Positions 20,007 to 30,619 of a DNA stretch of 64,000 nt are shown here, one piece after another. The notes beneath the pieces were generated by a model, which searched no databases, had not been told where the DNA came from, and saw only the letters and a list, made by a program, of their open reading frames with translations. The stretch lies in contig JALVXD010000216.1 of the NCBI GenBank assembly GCA_027038295.1, positions 14,804 to 78,803 of the forward strand, given 5' to 3'. How positions within the stretch are numbered: the stretch's first letter is position 1; each line of letters begins with the position of its first letter. This DNA comes from Campylobacteraceae bacterium. GTDB lineage: Bacteria > Campylobacterota > Campylobacteria > Campylobacterales > Sulfurovaceae. The position numbers and the translations under genes are program-made.

Positions 20007-21557
20007 ATGATGAAAAAAATAATACTCCTTTTAACACTTACGGCTACACTGTTACTCTCTCAAGAAAATGATGAAAACTACGAAGCTCAAAAGTTCTTCT
20101 CTGCTTCTGATGTCAATACTTTTTTTACTTCTGAAACGGGAGAACTATTAAAAAAAATCATTGTTAATGGAGATGAGTACTTCATGCAAGAAGATGGTGA
20201 CCTTTTTGATGAAGATGTTGCAACCGTTGATGATGTTATTTTTACAGCTAAAGGAGAGAGATTCTCTTTTGGAAAATCTAAACGCTTACTTGCTACCAAA
20301 ATCTATAGCACACATCAAAAAGCTTTCTATTCAAACTGTGACTATAAGATAAAAGAGAAAAAGCTTATACCTATACACAAAACCTGTGGATTTCACTATC
20401 GTAAAAATAAAAACCGTTCAGAACGTATAGAGTGGGAGCATGTGGTTCCTGCTTGGCACTTTGGACATCAGCTACACTGTTGGCAAAACGGTGGTCGAAT
20501 GGCTTGTAGACAAAACAATAGCAAGTTTAAGCAGATGGAAGCAGACATGCACAATCTTGTCCCTGCCATTGGGGAGATAAACGGTGACAGAAGTAACTTT
20601 AAGTACGGCATAATAGAAGGTGAAAAACGAGCCTATGGTAAGGTTAATATGGAGATAGAATTTTCAAGTAAAAAAGCAGAACCCAGAGAGCGTGTTTTTG
20701 GAGATATTGCAAGAATCTACTTCTATATGAGAGACCGTTATGGGTTACGTATCTCTAAAAGTCAAGAAAAAATGTTTATAGCTTGGAACAACTTAGACCC
20801 TGTAAGCAGATGGGAAAAGAGAAAAAATCAAATGGTAAAAGAGCTTCAAGGTGATGAAAACCTTTATGTTAGCAACTATAAAAAAATGAAACAACTAGGA
20901 GCTGTTACTAAAGATGTTGCCTCTACTGATTATGAAGAGGTTAAAGAGGAACTTTCAGAAAAGTATGCCTCTCTATTGGAAAACCTTTCTGCTCCTGTTG
21001 GAGGAGTGATACTCATGCTTATGACCTTTTTTGTAATCTATAAGCGTAAAAAAGAGCAAAGTTTAGAAAAAGAGACTACGGTCACAAAAGAGAATGATAA
21101 AAAAGAAGAAAAAGAACCTATTGATACCAAAAAGTTTATGCTTCTCTCCAAATTAGCTGATGTTGCTATAAGCATTAATGATAATGATGAGATTATTATA
21201 GAAAAAGCAGATAAAAACAACCCTAATCAAGAATGGATATTTACCAAAGCCAATAAGAATAAAGAGTATTTTTTTATAGAAAATCCAAAAACAGGCAAAG
21301 TAATAGAGATACAAGATAGCAATAGTAACGATGGTGCTAAAATTATTTTAAATAAAAAAAGAAGCCGTAAAAATGACCATCAAGAGTGGAAACTAGAAAC
21401 CTCTGAAGATAAAGGTTATGTATTTATCGTTAGTAAATGGTCGCTAAATGTTTTAGATATTAAGTATAAAAAAACCAAAGATGGGACAAAACTACAAAGT
21501 TTTCACAAAAAAGTTAGAGGTACTGAAAATCAGGAGTGGAGAGTTGAGAGAGGTTAG
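20007..21557 (+). CDS. endonuclease I (EndA/Dns family) with internal TM helix and C-terminal ricin-B-like domain
   Basis: Signal peptide; FYSNC, RIEWEHVVPA, EADMHNLVPAIGEINGDRSN and GDIARIYFYM (endonuclease I); hydrophobic segment aa ~330-345 followed by KRKK; three QxW motifs (QEWIF, QEWKL, QEWRV). Confidence 0.88.
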   Translation: MMKKIILLLTLTATLLLSQENDENYEAQKFFSASDVNTFFTSETGELLKKIIVNGDEYFMQEDGDLFDEDVATVDDVIFTAKGERFSFGKSKRLLATKIYSTHQKAFYSNCDYKIKEKKLIPIHKTCGFHYRKNKNRSERIEWEHVVPAWHFGHQLHCWQNGGRMACRQNNSKFKQMEADMHNLVPAIGEINGDRSNFKYGIIEGEKRAYGKVNMEIEFSSKKAEPRERVFGDIARIYFYMRDRYGLRISKSQEKMFIAWNNLDPVSRWEKRKNQMVKELQGDENLYVSNYKKMKQLGAVTKDVASTDYEEVKEELSEKYASLLENLSAPVGGVILMLMTFFVIYKRKKEQSLEKETTVTKENDKKEEKEPIDTKKFMLLSKLADVAISINDNDEIIIEKADKNNPNQEWIFTKANKNKEYFFIENPKTGKVIEIQDSNSNDGAKIILNKKRSRKNDHQEWKLETSEDKGYVFIVSKWSLNVLDIKYKKTKDGTKLQSFHKKVRGTENQEWRVERG

Positions 21558-22030
21558 AAGACCTTCTTCTTTCGGCTCTTAACGAACCAAGTGAAAAGAA
21601 GAAGACCAGTTAAAATTAATAGTGCATTTCCCAAGTAGTCATGTGCTAAAGAGAAATTATTACGTGCTTGAAGAACCAGTTGGGTGACAAACCAAATTCT
21701 AAAAACATTCATAAATGTTATAAAGATGTATCCCATTACTGCCCATTTGAGCTTATGCTTAAAGGTAGAGGGAAAAGCAATAATGGATGCTAAGAAAAAC
21801 AGATAGGGAATTATCCCATTACATGCTTTCTCAATAACCAAAGAGTAGTGTTCATTAATTAAGATACGATGACTGTCCATCATACCATCAGCTAAGCTTA
21901 GTGATGTAAGATATACCGTTAAATCTGTTTGTACGCTATTTATAGTGGAGCTTAAAGGAGATAAATCCCAATAAAAAACCCCAAATAACATGGCAATACC
22001 TAACCAATAACTCAATAAAAATTTTTTCAT
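21554..22030 (-). CDS. exosortase/archaeosortase-family protein (exosortase H-like)
   Basis: Multi-pass membrane protein with the Cys-Arg-His triad context IEKACNG, MNVFRI, AHDYLG. Confidence 0.85.
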   Translation of the reverse strand: MKKFLLSYWLGIAMLFGVFYWDLSPLSSTINSVQTDLTVYLTSLSLADGMMDSHRILINEHYSLVIEKACNGIIPYLFFLASIIAFPSTFKHKLKWAVMGYIFITFMNVFRIWFVTQLVLQARNNFSLAHDYLGNALLILTGLLLFTWFVKSRKKKVF

Positions 22031-22196
22031 TCTTTATGTTGCCTTTGATGACCATGCTTTTAGTAAAATTCTAACGATTATTTAATTATTTTATAGGTAA
22101 TTTACTAAAAGTTGTCATGTAAATATATTATTTATTGTTTCTAAATGTATTATACTGTAGCTTAACTTAATATTAATTTAAACTTAAAGTATAATA

Positions 22197-22775
22197 TTAG
22201 TTTTTTGACGGTCTATTTGAATTATTTGATTTTTTCTTTGTACCATTGCTATCAACAGGAGGCAAAGGAATATTTTGAACCATAAAAGTCTGAGCCTCTT
22301 GACCCTTTATCTGTATAATGACTAAAATTTTATCTTTCTTTTTACTTTTATAAACTTTAAACATCTCTATATCTTTAGCAACCTCATCTACTTCTACACG
22401 CTGTTCACCTCTAAGGGGAATTGTATAGTTTCCTCCTTCTATACGAAGCAAAGTGTTGTTCTCTTTTGCTACCAACCAAGTCACTTTTGCAGCTCCTTGA
22501 CCATAGAGAGAGTGTGTTGTATTTTCAATAATAAGTCGATGTAGTTTATCTTCTGTTAGCACAGTAATATTATGGTCAGCATGTGTTAAGTCCATATAGA
22601 GTGTTCTGCTTCCTTTTAAAGTATTGCTAGACTTCTCTAAATGTTTAAAAAGGTGCAAGTTAGAATTACGTAAAATATCAGCACTTTTATAGAGTGCCAT
22701 AAGCACTAAAGACAACAAAGTAATTGATATAAGAACTTCTATAAGAGTAAAGCCCTTTTGTTGCTGTTTTATCAT
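22197..22775 (-). CDS. T2SS minor pseudopilin, GspJ-like
   Basis: Class III signal KGFTLIEVLISITLL; position in the gsp cluster. Confidence 0.75.
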   Translation of the reverse strand: MIKQQQKGFTLIEVLISITLLSLVLMALYKSADILRNSNLHLFKHLEKSSNTLKGSRTLYMDLTHADHNITVLTEDKLHRLIIENTTHSLYGQGAAKVTWLVAKENNTLLRIEGGNYTIPLRGEQRVEVDEVAKDIEMFKVYKSKKKDKILVIIQIKGQEAQTFMVQNIPLPPVDSNGTKKKSNNSNRPSKN

Positions 22776-22778
22776 TTT

Positions 22779-24293
22779 CTAATCTTCCATTATCCCGATA
22801 CGCACTGTCTCTTCATATGAGGTTGTTCCATTAATAAGCATATCTTTAAGCTTATCAGCAATGGTTTTCATACCTGCTTTTTTCATCTCTATTCGTATCT
22901 GGTGGTCATTTAAACCATCTTTTATCATCTGCTTCACCTCATCGCCCATTACAAAGAGTTCCCCTACTGCCTGTCGTCCACTGTAACCAGTAAAATCACA
23001 AGAGATACACCCTTTTGCTTGGAAGTACTCGATATTAGGCAATTTCAATTCTGACATAACAACAGGGGCTAAAGTTGTTGGCTCTTTACATTTTGGACAT
23101 AATTTTCGAGTCAAACGCTGTGCCAAAACACCTAAAAGTGTTGAAGTAAGTAAGAAGTCCTCAATTCCCATGTCCATCAGTCTTGAAATGGCTGAGGTAG
23201 CATCATTGGTATGCAGGGTAGAAAGCATAAGGTGACCTGTCAATGCTGAACGTAAAGCAATGTCTGCTGTTTCGCTGTCCCTTATCTCTCCAATCATAAT
23301 AATATCTGGGTCTTGTCTTAGTATCGAACGTAAACCTGCTGCAAAAGTTAAACCTACTTTTTCATTCACTTGTATTTGATTGACATTGTCAGCATTGTAC
23401 TCCACTGGGTCTTCAACCGTAATGATATTCTTATCAGGTGTGGCAATGTGTTGTAAACAGGCATGTAGAGTGGTTGATTTACCTGACCCCGTAGGACCAG
23501 TAACCAACATCATTCCATGTGGGTGGGTTAGAAGCTTGTTTAAATCTTCTGTCAACTCATCAGTAAAGCCAAGGTCTTGCAAGGTAGGAATGGTATCACT
23601 TTGCATAAGCAGTCTCATAACCACACGTTCACCATAATAGGTTGGCAAAACAGAAACCCTAATGTCTAATGTTCTTCCAGAAATAGTAACTTGTGTACGA
23701 CCATCTTGAGGTATTCTCTTTTCAGAAATATCAAGGTTGGAGATAACTTTAATACGAGAAATCACCAAACCTGTAACATTTTTGTCAATATCAAGATGCT
23801 TTTTCAAAGCACCATCTACCCGTAAACGTACCTCACCTTTTTTCTCTAAAGTTTCTATGTGAATATCAGATGCACCTTTTTTAATGGCTTGGAAGAAGAG
23901 TGAGTTCACCAGCTTTACAACAGGTGCTGACTCTTCATTTGAGAGTAAATCTTGTGAATTTCGTATAAAATCAAGTAAGTCAGACTCTACTTCAATAACA
24001 TCATCACCTGTAGAGGTGTCAACATTTTCAAAGTCTGAACCTGTTTGTATCTCTTGAAATTTATTATAAAGACGCTCAAAACTTCCTTCATCTAGCTCTA
24101 CTAAAGGGTAATCTACGTCTATTTGAGAGAGGTGGTTAATAGACATTGCCAAACTCTCTCTTTTGACAACAGCTGTAGGAGTGTTGTCTATATTTGCAAA
24201 GAGTAACTGGTGTTTCATCGCCAGTTTATTGTTTATCTCTTCACTCCAAAAAGGTTCTAAGTCTCTATTTTCTAGTAAAGGTAAATTCATCAT
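22779..24293 (-). CDS. gspE: T2SS ATPase GspE
   Basis: ASDIHIE, GPTGSGKST, LRQDPDIIMIGEIRD, TGHLMLSTLHTND, tetra-Cys motif. Confidence 0.93.
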   Translation of the reverse strand: MMNLPLLENRDLEPFWSEEINNKLAMKHQLLFANIDNTPTAVVKRESLAMSINHLSQIDVDYPLVELDEGSFERLYNKFQEIQTGSDFENVDTSTGDDVIEVESDLLDFIRNSQDLLSNEESAPVVKLVNSLFFQAIKKGASDIHIETLEKKGEVRLRVDGALKKHLDIDKNVTGLVISRIKVISNLDISEKRIPQDGRTQVTISGRTLDIRVSVLPTYYGERVVMRLLMQSDTIPTLQDLGFTDELTEDLNKLLTHPHGMMLVTGPTGSGKSTTLHACLQHIATPDKNIITVEDPVEYNADNVNQIQVNEKVGLTFAAGLRSILRQDPDIIMIGEIRDSETADIALRSALTGHLMLSTLHTNDATSAISRLMDMGIEDFLLTSTLLGVLAQRLTRKLCPKCKEPTTLAPVVMSELKLPNIEYFQAKGCISCDFTGYSGRQAVGELFVMGDEVKQMIKDGLNDHQIRIEMKKAGMKTIADKLKDMLINGTTSYEETVRIGIMED

Positions 24294-24302
24294 CTTCTTT
24301 AC

Positions 24303-26492
24303 CTAGTAACTGTTTGCACTATTATCAATCGTGTCCATAATAGATTCGCTCTGTACATAATCACTCTCCTGCGTATAGTCTGAAACCACAGGAAGTGTTG
24401 GCTCATACACTTGATAGTCGTCATTTCCATTTGAAACGTCTACAGGTTTAGGAAGTGCTTTAACAGGGTTTTCAAAATCATTATCATAACTTGACTGACC
24501 ATTAAATGTACTATGTCTTCCGTTTGAAGGGTTTCCTGCTCTTGCTTCTAATCTATCAAATACTATCTTATTGTACTGTTGTTGAACAGCCTCTAGTTCA
24601 TCTAAGTGAGCGCGTAAAGAGGTTAAATCTGCACTCTTTTTAAGAATATATGGTGTGATATAAATAACCACATTGACCTTACTTGAGGAGTTACCGTTAG
24701 AGGTAAAAAGTCTTCCAATAATAGGGATGTCACCTAAAATAGGTATCTTCGTTTGACTCTTTCCATCAGCACTTTTTATAAGTCCACCCAATATAATGGT
24801 CTCTGCATGATTAACAATAGCATTGGTTTTAACAGAACGCTTGGTTGTGGTTGGTCGGTCAGCAGTAGCACCCGAACCAGGAACAATATCTTCAATAGTG
24901 GTTTCAATTTCAAGTGACACTTTGTTGTTAGAAGAGAGTCTAGGTTTTACTTTAAGGGTAATACCAATATCTTCACGAGAGTAATTGTTTAAAACGTTTG
25001 AAGAGCCTTGCGTACTCTGCTGAGACTGTGTCAAAATAGACTGTGTTCGCCCCACATAAATACTTGCCTCTTTGTTGTTGGTTGACAATACAGAAGGCTT
25101 AGACAAAATCTGTGCAGCTCCATTTTGTTTTAAGAGGTCAAGTTGAGCACCTAAAGAGAACACTTTACTTATCCCCGAGTCAAACTGAAATGCTCTATCT
25201 GTTGTTGTATATCCACTATTACCATTTGTACCTTCATGATAAGTTTCATTACTAAGAAACCCAAGAAGAGATTGAGAAATAGCCAAAGCAGGAGCTCCAG
25301 CATTTCCAGCCAAAGAAAAAAGACCATTTGAAGTAATGGCTCCCCCATTAAACCCATATTTCAAACCAATATTTTCTGCCAAGTTGGTATTGACTTCCAC
25401 AATTTTTGCCTGAATAAACACTTGTGATTTCTCTACATCAAGTAGTTTTACAGTCTCTAAAATATTCTGATACTGGTCTTCATTTGCCAATACAATCAAA
25501 GAGTTTCTCTCTACATCAGAAGCAATAACTGCTTTAGGTGCTGGCTTTCCATTACCAATAGATGAAGGTGCTCCACCAGCTCCTATAGGTGCTCCACCCA
25601 TAGCCCTTGCAGGTGTGCCTCCAGATGAGATAGATCCTCTACCTGTTAACTGTGGTACAATTTTGCTTAAAATCTTCTCCATCTCTTCAACATTGGAGTT
25701 CATCAGAGGAATAACATGCATTCTTTGACTATCACCTCCACCAGGTAAATCAAGCTGTTGTATGTACTTTTCTAATCTTTTAACATTAGAACGCTTTCCA
25801 ACTAAAATAATGGAGTTCCCATTTGAGTTTTGCATAACAGCTACTTTTTCACTCGGGATATCTTGAGAGAAAAGTGCTTTTGACATACTTTGAATATTGG
25901 GATAGACATCTTTAACACGTGCATTTTGTAAGTAGACCACTTTACTTAGCTTTGCCTGTTTATTTTCTATCTTATCTATAAGTTTTTTAGCCGTTTTCAA
26001 GTTACGAGGGTAATCAGTAATGGCTAAAAGGTTGTTTTTCTTAAAAGAGACCACTTTAGCACTTTTGCTAAGAAGTGGTTTAATTTTAGTACGAATAACA
26101 GCTGAGTTCACATTTGAAAGTTGAAAAACCACTGTTTTCATGGTACCATCACCAGAGGTAACACTGGAAGAGACATCCAGTCCTTGACCTGGAGCTGTGG
26201 TTGACTTAACTACTTGATAATAATTTCCTTTTTTTACCAAAGTCATCTTCTTAGTTCCCAAAATAGCATTGGCTAAAGGAATAAGTTCACTCTTGTCAAT
26301 AGGGGTATTGGAGACAAAGTTTATTTTACCTTTAATATCTCCATCTACTAAAATATTTTTTCCTGTAATTTTACCAACCATTTTAATAAAGTCACTAATG
26401 GTCAAATCTCTAAAGTTTACATCTACCTTTTCTGCCTGAGCTTGTACACTCAAAGCCAAAATCAAACCTAATGCCAGTTTACTTAATTTCAT
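24303..26492 (-). CDS. gspD: T2SS secretin GspD
   Basis: N0-N3 domains; QVFIQAKIVEV, REDIGITLKVKP, IILGGLI, KIPILGDIPIIGRLF. Confidence 0.93.
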   Translation of the reverse strand: MKLSKLALGLILALSVQAQAEKVDVNFRDLTISDFIKMVGKITGKNILVDGDIKGKINFVSNTPIDKSELIPLANAILGTKKMTLVKKGNYYQVVKSTTAPGQGLDVSSSVTSGDGTMKTVVFQLSNVNSAVIRTKIKPLLSKSAKVVSFKKNNLLAITDYPRNLKTAKKLIDKIENKQAKLSKVVYLQNARVKDVYPNIQSMSKALFSQDIPSEKVAVMQNSNGNSIILVGKRSNVKRLEKYIQQLDLPGGGDSQRMHVIPLMNSNVEEMEKILSKIVPQLTGRGSISSGGTPARAMGGAPIGAGGAPSSIGNGKPAPKAVIASDVERNSLIVLANEDQYQNILETVKLLDVEKSQVFIQAKIVEVNTNLAENIGLKYGFNGGAITSNGLFSLAGNAGAPALAISQSLLGFLSNETYHEGTNGNSGYTTTDRAFQFDSGISKVFSLGAQLDLLKQNGAAQILSKPSVLSTNNKEASIYVGRTQSILTQSQQSTQGSSNVLNNYSREDIGITLKVKPRLSSNNKVSLEIETTIEDIVPGSGATADRPTTTKRSVKTNAIVNHAETIILGGLIKSADGKSQTKIPILGDIPIIGRLFTSNGNSSSKVNVVIYITPYILKKSADLTSLRAHLDELEAVQQQYNKIVFDRLEARAGNPSNGRHSTFNGQSSYDNDFENPVKALPKPVDVSNGNDDYQVYEPTLPVVSDYTQESDYVQSESIMDTIDNSANSY

Positions 26493-27309
26493 ATTCTAAC
26501 TCCTCTGTTGCACCATTTCTTTGAACGGTTAATGTTAAATTTTCTATATTATTTATATCTTTAAAAAAGCTCATGGCCGCACCGTAAGAGTTTAACTCTT
26601 CGCCATTTATTCCCATGAGAATATCACCTCGTTGAAGTCCTAGCTTTTCAAAATCACTGCCTCTTTTGACAAAGTTAATTTTAAATCCATTTATTTTACC
26701 AGAGATTTTATTTTCACTAATTCCTATATCTTTCCAAATCTTGTCTACATTTTTAGTATAAGAGGTTAGTAGGTCTCTCTGGATATGCTTTACACCACCC
26801 TCTTCAACAATAGCATTATTTGGTTTTTTATCATTTGACGATACAGCCTTAGGTCTAGAACGTGACTTACCTGAATTTTTAATATTAATCAAAGAGAGTT
26901 TAAACTCTTTGTCTCCTTTGGTAAACATTGCAAAGTTTGGACCAGCAGAGGTAAGGGTAAACCCATCTATCTTTTCACCTTTTCCAAGTACGGTTGTTTT
27001 AGAACCTTTTACTACAGTAACGACCAATGCATCAGAAGCATTATAGAGTGCTAAAAGCTTAATACCCCTCATGGAACTTACAACTGGTGCTTTTTTTCTA
27101 GTAGTATTTACAGGAGCAATAGAAGCAGCTGCATTGGTTAATTTTACTCTATAGTATAAAGCTTTTGCTTTTCCCTCTTGGGCATACTCTTCACCTGAAC
27201 TTGGCAGCAAAAAGAGCGAAACTGCCAACCAAATAAGTTTTACTAAAACTATAATGGATAAAAAGAATATGGCTGTCGAGAAATATTTAGTATTAATAAT
27301 TTGTTTCAT
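26479..27309 (-). CDS. gspC: T2SS GspC-like protein with PDZ domain
   Basis: N-terminal TM, HR domain, C-terminal PDZ (GFKINFVKRGS...LGLQRGDILMGINGEEL). Confidence 0.8.
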   Translation of the reverse strand: MKQIINTKYFSTAIFFLSIIVLVKLIWLAVSLFLLPSSGEEYAQEGKAKALYYRVKLTNAAASIAPVNTTRKKAPVVSSMRGIKLLALYNASDALVVTVVKGSKTTVLGKGEKIDGFTLTSAGPNFAMFTKGDKEFKLSLINIKNSGKSRSRPKAVSSNDKKPNNAIVEEGGVKHIQRDLLTSYTKNVDKIWKDIGISENKISGKINGFKINFVKRGSDFEKLGLQRGDILMGINGEELNSYGAAMSFFKDINNIENLTLTVQRNGATEELEYEIK

Positions 27310-27811
27310 AGTACCATCCTCCTGTTTTATCTTTTTTCAAAAACTTTTTAATTGTTTGTATATCTTTTACTACAGGAAAATCAATATGAACTTGCTTCGC
27401 CTTTAGGGCTACTGTACCTGATGCTGTACCAAAACTACCCAAACCATCTATGGTCACATTTAAGGGATTAAGCAAAGAGTATTTAACGTTTAACTCATCT
27501 ATAGATTTAGGAGCCATAGCCTGTAGTGACTCATCTATATTTATATTTTCTACGTTTAAACTGTTATAAAAAAAGAAAATATTGAGTTGTAAGTTGGCTG
27601 TATTTGCCATCTTAATACCCTTAACATAAACATCTGCATTTTTAATATTTAAACCAAACCATGTGTCTGTAACGGTCTCATTTGAGAGAACAATATCGTT
27701 CTCTTTTAACTTCTTTTCTAACAGATAATAGAGTTCTTGCTTTGGTGCAAGAAGCCACATAAGGACAAGAAAGAGTAAAAATCCACCTACTATTCGTTTT
27801 ACCATTTGCAT
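27293..27811 (-). CDS. T2SS accessory protein, GspN-like
   Basis: N-terminal TM plus beta-rich body; assigned mainly by position between the gspM-like gene and gspC. Confidence 0.5.
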   Translation of the reverse strand: MQMVKRIVGGFLLFLVLMWLLAPKQELYYLLEKKLKENDIVLSNETVTDTWFGLNIKNADVYVKGIKMANTANLQLNIFFFYNSLNVENINIDESLQAMAPKSIDELNVKYSLLNPLNVTIDGLGSFGTASGTVALKAKQVHIDFPVVKDIQTIKKFLKKDKTGGWYYETNY

Positions 27812-28215
27812 GTGAACTCCATAGAATATATATTTTTTGAACTCTCTATAATCTTTAAGCTTATTATCTGCACAGGCATACTCATAAGTTTATTATTTAG
27901 CTTATATAACTCATCTGCAGTAAGATTTACATAGGAAGCTACCAATTTTTTAGATTTAGGACTAAAAGATTTTACTTTAGAAGCATCAACAACTGTTTTT
28001 AAAGCTTTAACTTTCTTTGGCATACCTTTGCCATCCCATTGACTTTTATATTTATTAATAGCTGTTATCTCGGCTATCTGCTGTTGTGTTCGTGCCTTAT
28101 TCTCTTCTACATATGAACTGGCATTTAGTTTATAGAGGAAAGCACCCATAACAAAAAGTAATGCTAAGAGTAAAATAATTTCATTTTTATAACGTTGAAG
28201 TGTCATTAAATTCAT
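27799..28215 (-). CDS. T2SS GspM-like assembly platform protein
   Basis: Single TM followed by a short periplasmic domain; follows the gspL-like gene. Confidence 0.55.
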   Translation of the reverse strand: MNLMTLQRYKNEIILLLALLFVMGAFLYKLNASSYVEENKARTQQQIAEITAINKYKSQWDGKGMPKKVKALKTVVDASKVKSFSPKSKKLVASYVNLTADELYKLNNKLMSMPVQIISLKIIESSKNIYSMEFTCKW

Positions 28216-29141
28216 AGTTTAACCTCGACTTTCACATTAAGACCTGAACCTGATATTTTCATTTTTTTAGCTTTTCCATGCTCTTTAACCTGCTTACTAA
28301 TGGCTGTATTTTGCGTCACAATATCTGCAGAGACTATATTTTTATCAATTGTCAGTGACTTAAGTTGACTTTTTGCTGATAAAAGCGTAGATATATCTTT
28401 TATCGCATCTCTCTTAGCACGTTCTATGGTATCAATTGGTTTATACTTATCTAAAATACTTGCTCTTAAAGCACTACTTCCATATTTTGGATTATCATCA
28501 ATAAGCATCGTTAACTTAGCATCTTCATTGGCTATAGATGATTTTATACGCTGACCTTCTACGATAAATGTTGTACCTAAAAGTGCAAGAAGTGAACCTA
28601 AAATAATGGTCTCTTTTAATGAAACAAAAGACTCAAGCGAATCCCCCATACTAACACCATTTTTAAGCTTTGGCTTGTCAATGTCCAGTGTTGAGTACGC
28701 TACTTCATCTCCTAAAAAACGTTTAGGAACCATGGTTACGATACCATCAACACTTTGTAAAGCATGATTGCCACTTAATAACAAGGGTGTAGACAATTCA
28801 CTTTCAAGCTGTTGTGCAAAGTATATTTTTGAAACACGATGTTTCTCTATACCTACACTCTCTAAAAATTGGTCTATTTCCTCTATATTGTACGCAAAAA
28901 AACACCATAGTTTATCACATTTGTAGACATGATATTGATACACCTTAGATGCATCTAAATAGTCATCAAACATTGACTCTGCTATCTGTTTTGCTTGATA
29001 CGCAAACTTGATATCCAACTCTTCATGTAAAAAAGTATAAAACTGAGGTGTCAGTATAATCTCAACAGAGTTTTCTAATTTTACAGGTTCCATATTTTTA
29101 TGGATTAATATTCTATTACTCTGCTTTGCCGTTAAATTCAA
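28212..29141 (-). CDS. T2SS GspL-like assembly platform protein
   Basis: Cytoplasmic domain, TM (IILGSLLALLGTTFIV), periplasmic domain; between gspK and the gspM-like gene. Probable TTG start at 29141 with GGAG 8 nt upstream (the ORF track starts at 29171). Confidence 0.6.
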   Translation of the reverse strand: MNLTAKQSNRILIHKNMEPVKLENSVEIILTPQFYTFLHEELDIKFAYQAKQIAESMFDDYLDASKVYQYHVYKCDKLWCFFAYNIEEIDQFLESVGIEKHRVSKIYFAQQLESELSTPLLLSGNHALQSVDGIVTMVPKRFLGDEVAYSTLDIDKPKLKNGVSMGDSLESFVSLKETIILGSLLALLGTTFIVEGQRIKSSIANEDAKLTMLIDDNPKYGSSALRASILDKYKPIDTIERAKRDAIKDISTLLSAKSQLKSLTIDKNIVSADIVTQNTAISKQVKEHGKAKKMKISGSGLNVKVEVKL

Positions 29142-30027
29142 AATTGCCACTCCTTCCTTCAATGTAATCAAAATTCATTTTATATTGCCCATCTCTATAA
29201 GCATAGGTCTCTTCACAATGCATCGCATTAAGTGCTTTGTTGGAATAAATATTTTTATCTATAGGCTCCATTATAGAATTTTCTGTTAAAAAACTCTGTA
29301 AAGTGGTTTCTCCTATTATCCAACCCTCTTGTACTATTTCTATAGGAACCTCAAAAGCAACTGAAATAAATTCAGGACTTAAGTACGCACCATCTATTTG
29401 TGTTTTGTTATCTACCTTTGTAAATGAAAAGTAACGCTCCCAAGGAACCAAAAGTACTTTTGGGTCATCAAATCGTAAACGATAGTCTGAAATAATCCTA
29501 TCAAACTGACTTATTGAGACAACTCCTTTTTTACTTTTTATTCTAGGAGCATCATCTTCATTTTGTGAAACTTTTCCTGTAACAGCTTGCAATATAAGTC
29601 TTTCAAGCTCATTAGGCTCTTGAACATCATAATGTTCCATTACTAAGGTCAGTATTTTTTTCGCTAAAACTGCCTTTTTAGGAGTTTTAGGAAAAAGAGA
29701 ATTGTCTAACCAAGAGATGGGTACACCCACCATCAATGGCTTACAACTCAAATTTAATCCAAACCCACTTTTTGCTTCGCTCAACATCAAAGGCATTGTA
29801 TATATTAATTTTAATTTTTCACTGTTGTCCTTCCCTTGTGGGAAAAAACGTTTTAAAATATTTACTGTATTTTTTTGTAACAGATTCCCTTGTAAAATAG
29901 CCGATGTTGCTCCAGCATCTTTTTGCACTTTTTCCAAATAGGTAAACGATACAGCTATTATAGACATAATAGAAGCAATCACCATCAATGTAATAAAAAG
30001 TGCGATACCACGTTTTGTTTTATCCAT
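29116..30027 (-). CDS. T2SS minor pseudopilin GspK-like
   Basis: KRG/IALFITLMVI: atypical prepilin lacking Glu5, as in GspK; start taken at MDKTKRG (30027). Confidence 0.72.
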   Translation of the reverse strand: MDKTKRGIALFITLMVIASIMSIIAVSFTYLEKVQKDAGATSAILQGNLLQKNTVNILKRFFPQGKDNSEKLKLIYTMPLMLSEAKSGFGLNLSCKPLMVGVPISWLDNSLFPKTPKKAVLAKKILTLVMEHYDVQEPNELERLILQAVTGKVSQNEDDAPRIKSKKGVVSISQFDRIISDYRLRFDDPKVLLVPWERYFSFTKVDNKTQIDGAYLSPEFISVAFEVPIEIVQEGWIIGETTLQSFLTENSIMEPIDKNIYSNKALNAMHCEETYAYRDGQYKMNFDYIEGRSGNFEFNGKAE

Positions 30028-30090
30028 AATAAAGCTCAATTCAAGTAAAATCAGCACTATTATAACCAACTTAAACTAAGGATTTTAAAC

Positions 30091-30618
30091 ATGACTAAAG
30101 AATTTGGACTAAAAAGCCACAAAACAACAACTTTAACTAAAAATAAAAATATTTTTTTAATTAATAAAGTCAATCAAAAACAGAATAAAATATCTTTAAC
30201 AACAGCAAAAAACGCTTTCTCACTGCTTGAGCTTTTGGTTGTTATTTTAATCTTAGGAATTTTAGCAGCAGCCGTAGTTCCTAGAGTTGTAGGAGCAGGA
30301 GACAAAGCAAAAGTAGACTTGGTTTGTGTCAATATGAAAGGTGCTGCAAATGCACTCAAAATGTTTAAACTTGACAATGGAATGTACCCAGAAACAGAAG
30401 AGGGATTTGAAGCACTACAATCAAACCCAGACGCAGACAAATACTCAAATTACTCTTCAGCTGCTTACCTAGAACACCTTCCAAAAGACTCTTGGGGTTC
30501 AAAAATGGTCTATATTAAAACAGGTAATGCTTTTGATATCATCTCTTATGGTGCTGACAAACGTGAAGGTGGAACTGACGAATACGCTGATATTAAATAT
30601 TCAGGATGTAACAAATAG
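30091..30618 (+). CDS. gspG: T2SS major pseudopilin GspG
   Basis: AFSLLELLVVILILGILAAAVVP, FKLDNGMYP...EGFEAL, PKDSWG, IISYGADKREGG; AAGGA RBS before the ATG at 30091. Confidence 0.92.
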   Translation: MTKEFGLKSHKTTTLTKNKNIFLINKVNQKQNKISLTTAKNAFSLLELLVVILILGILAAAVVPRVVGAGDKAKVDLVCVNMKGAANALKMFKLDNGMYPETEEGFEALQSNPDADKYSNYSSAAYLEHLPKDSWGSKMVYIKTGNAFDIISYGADKREGGTDEYADIKYSGCNK

Positions 30619-30619
30619 A

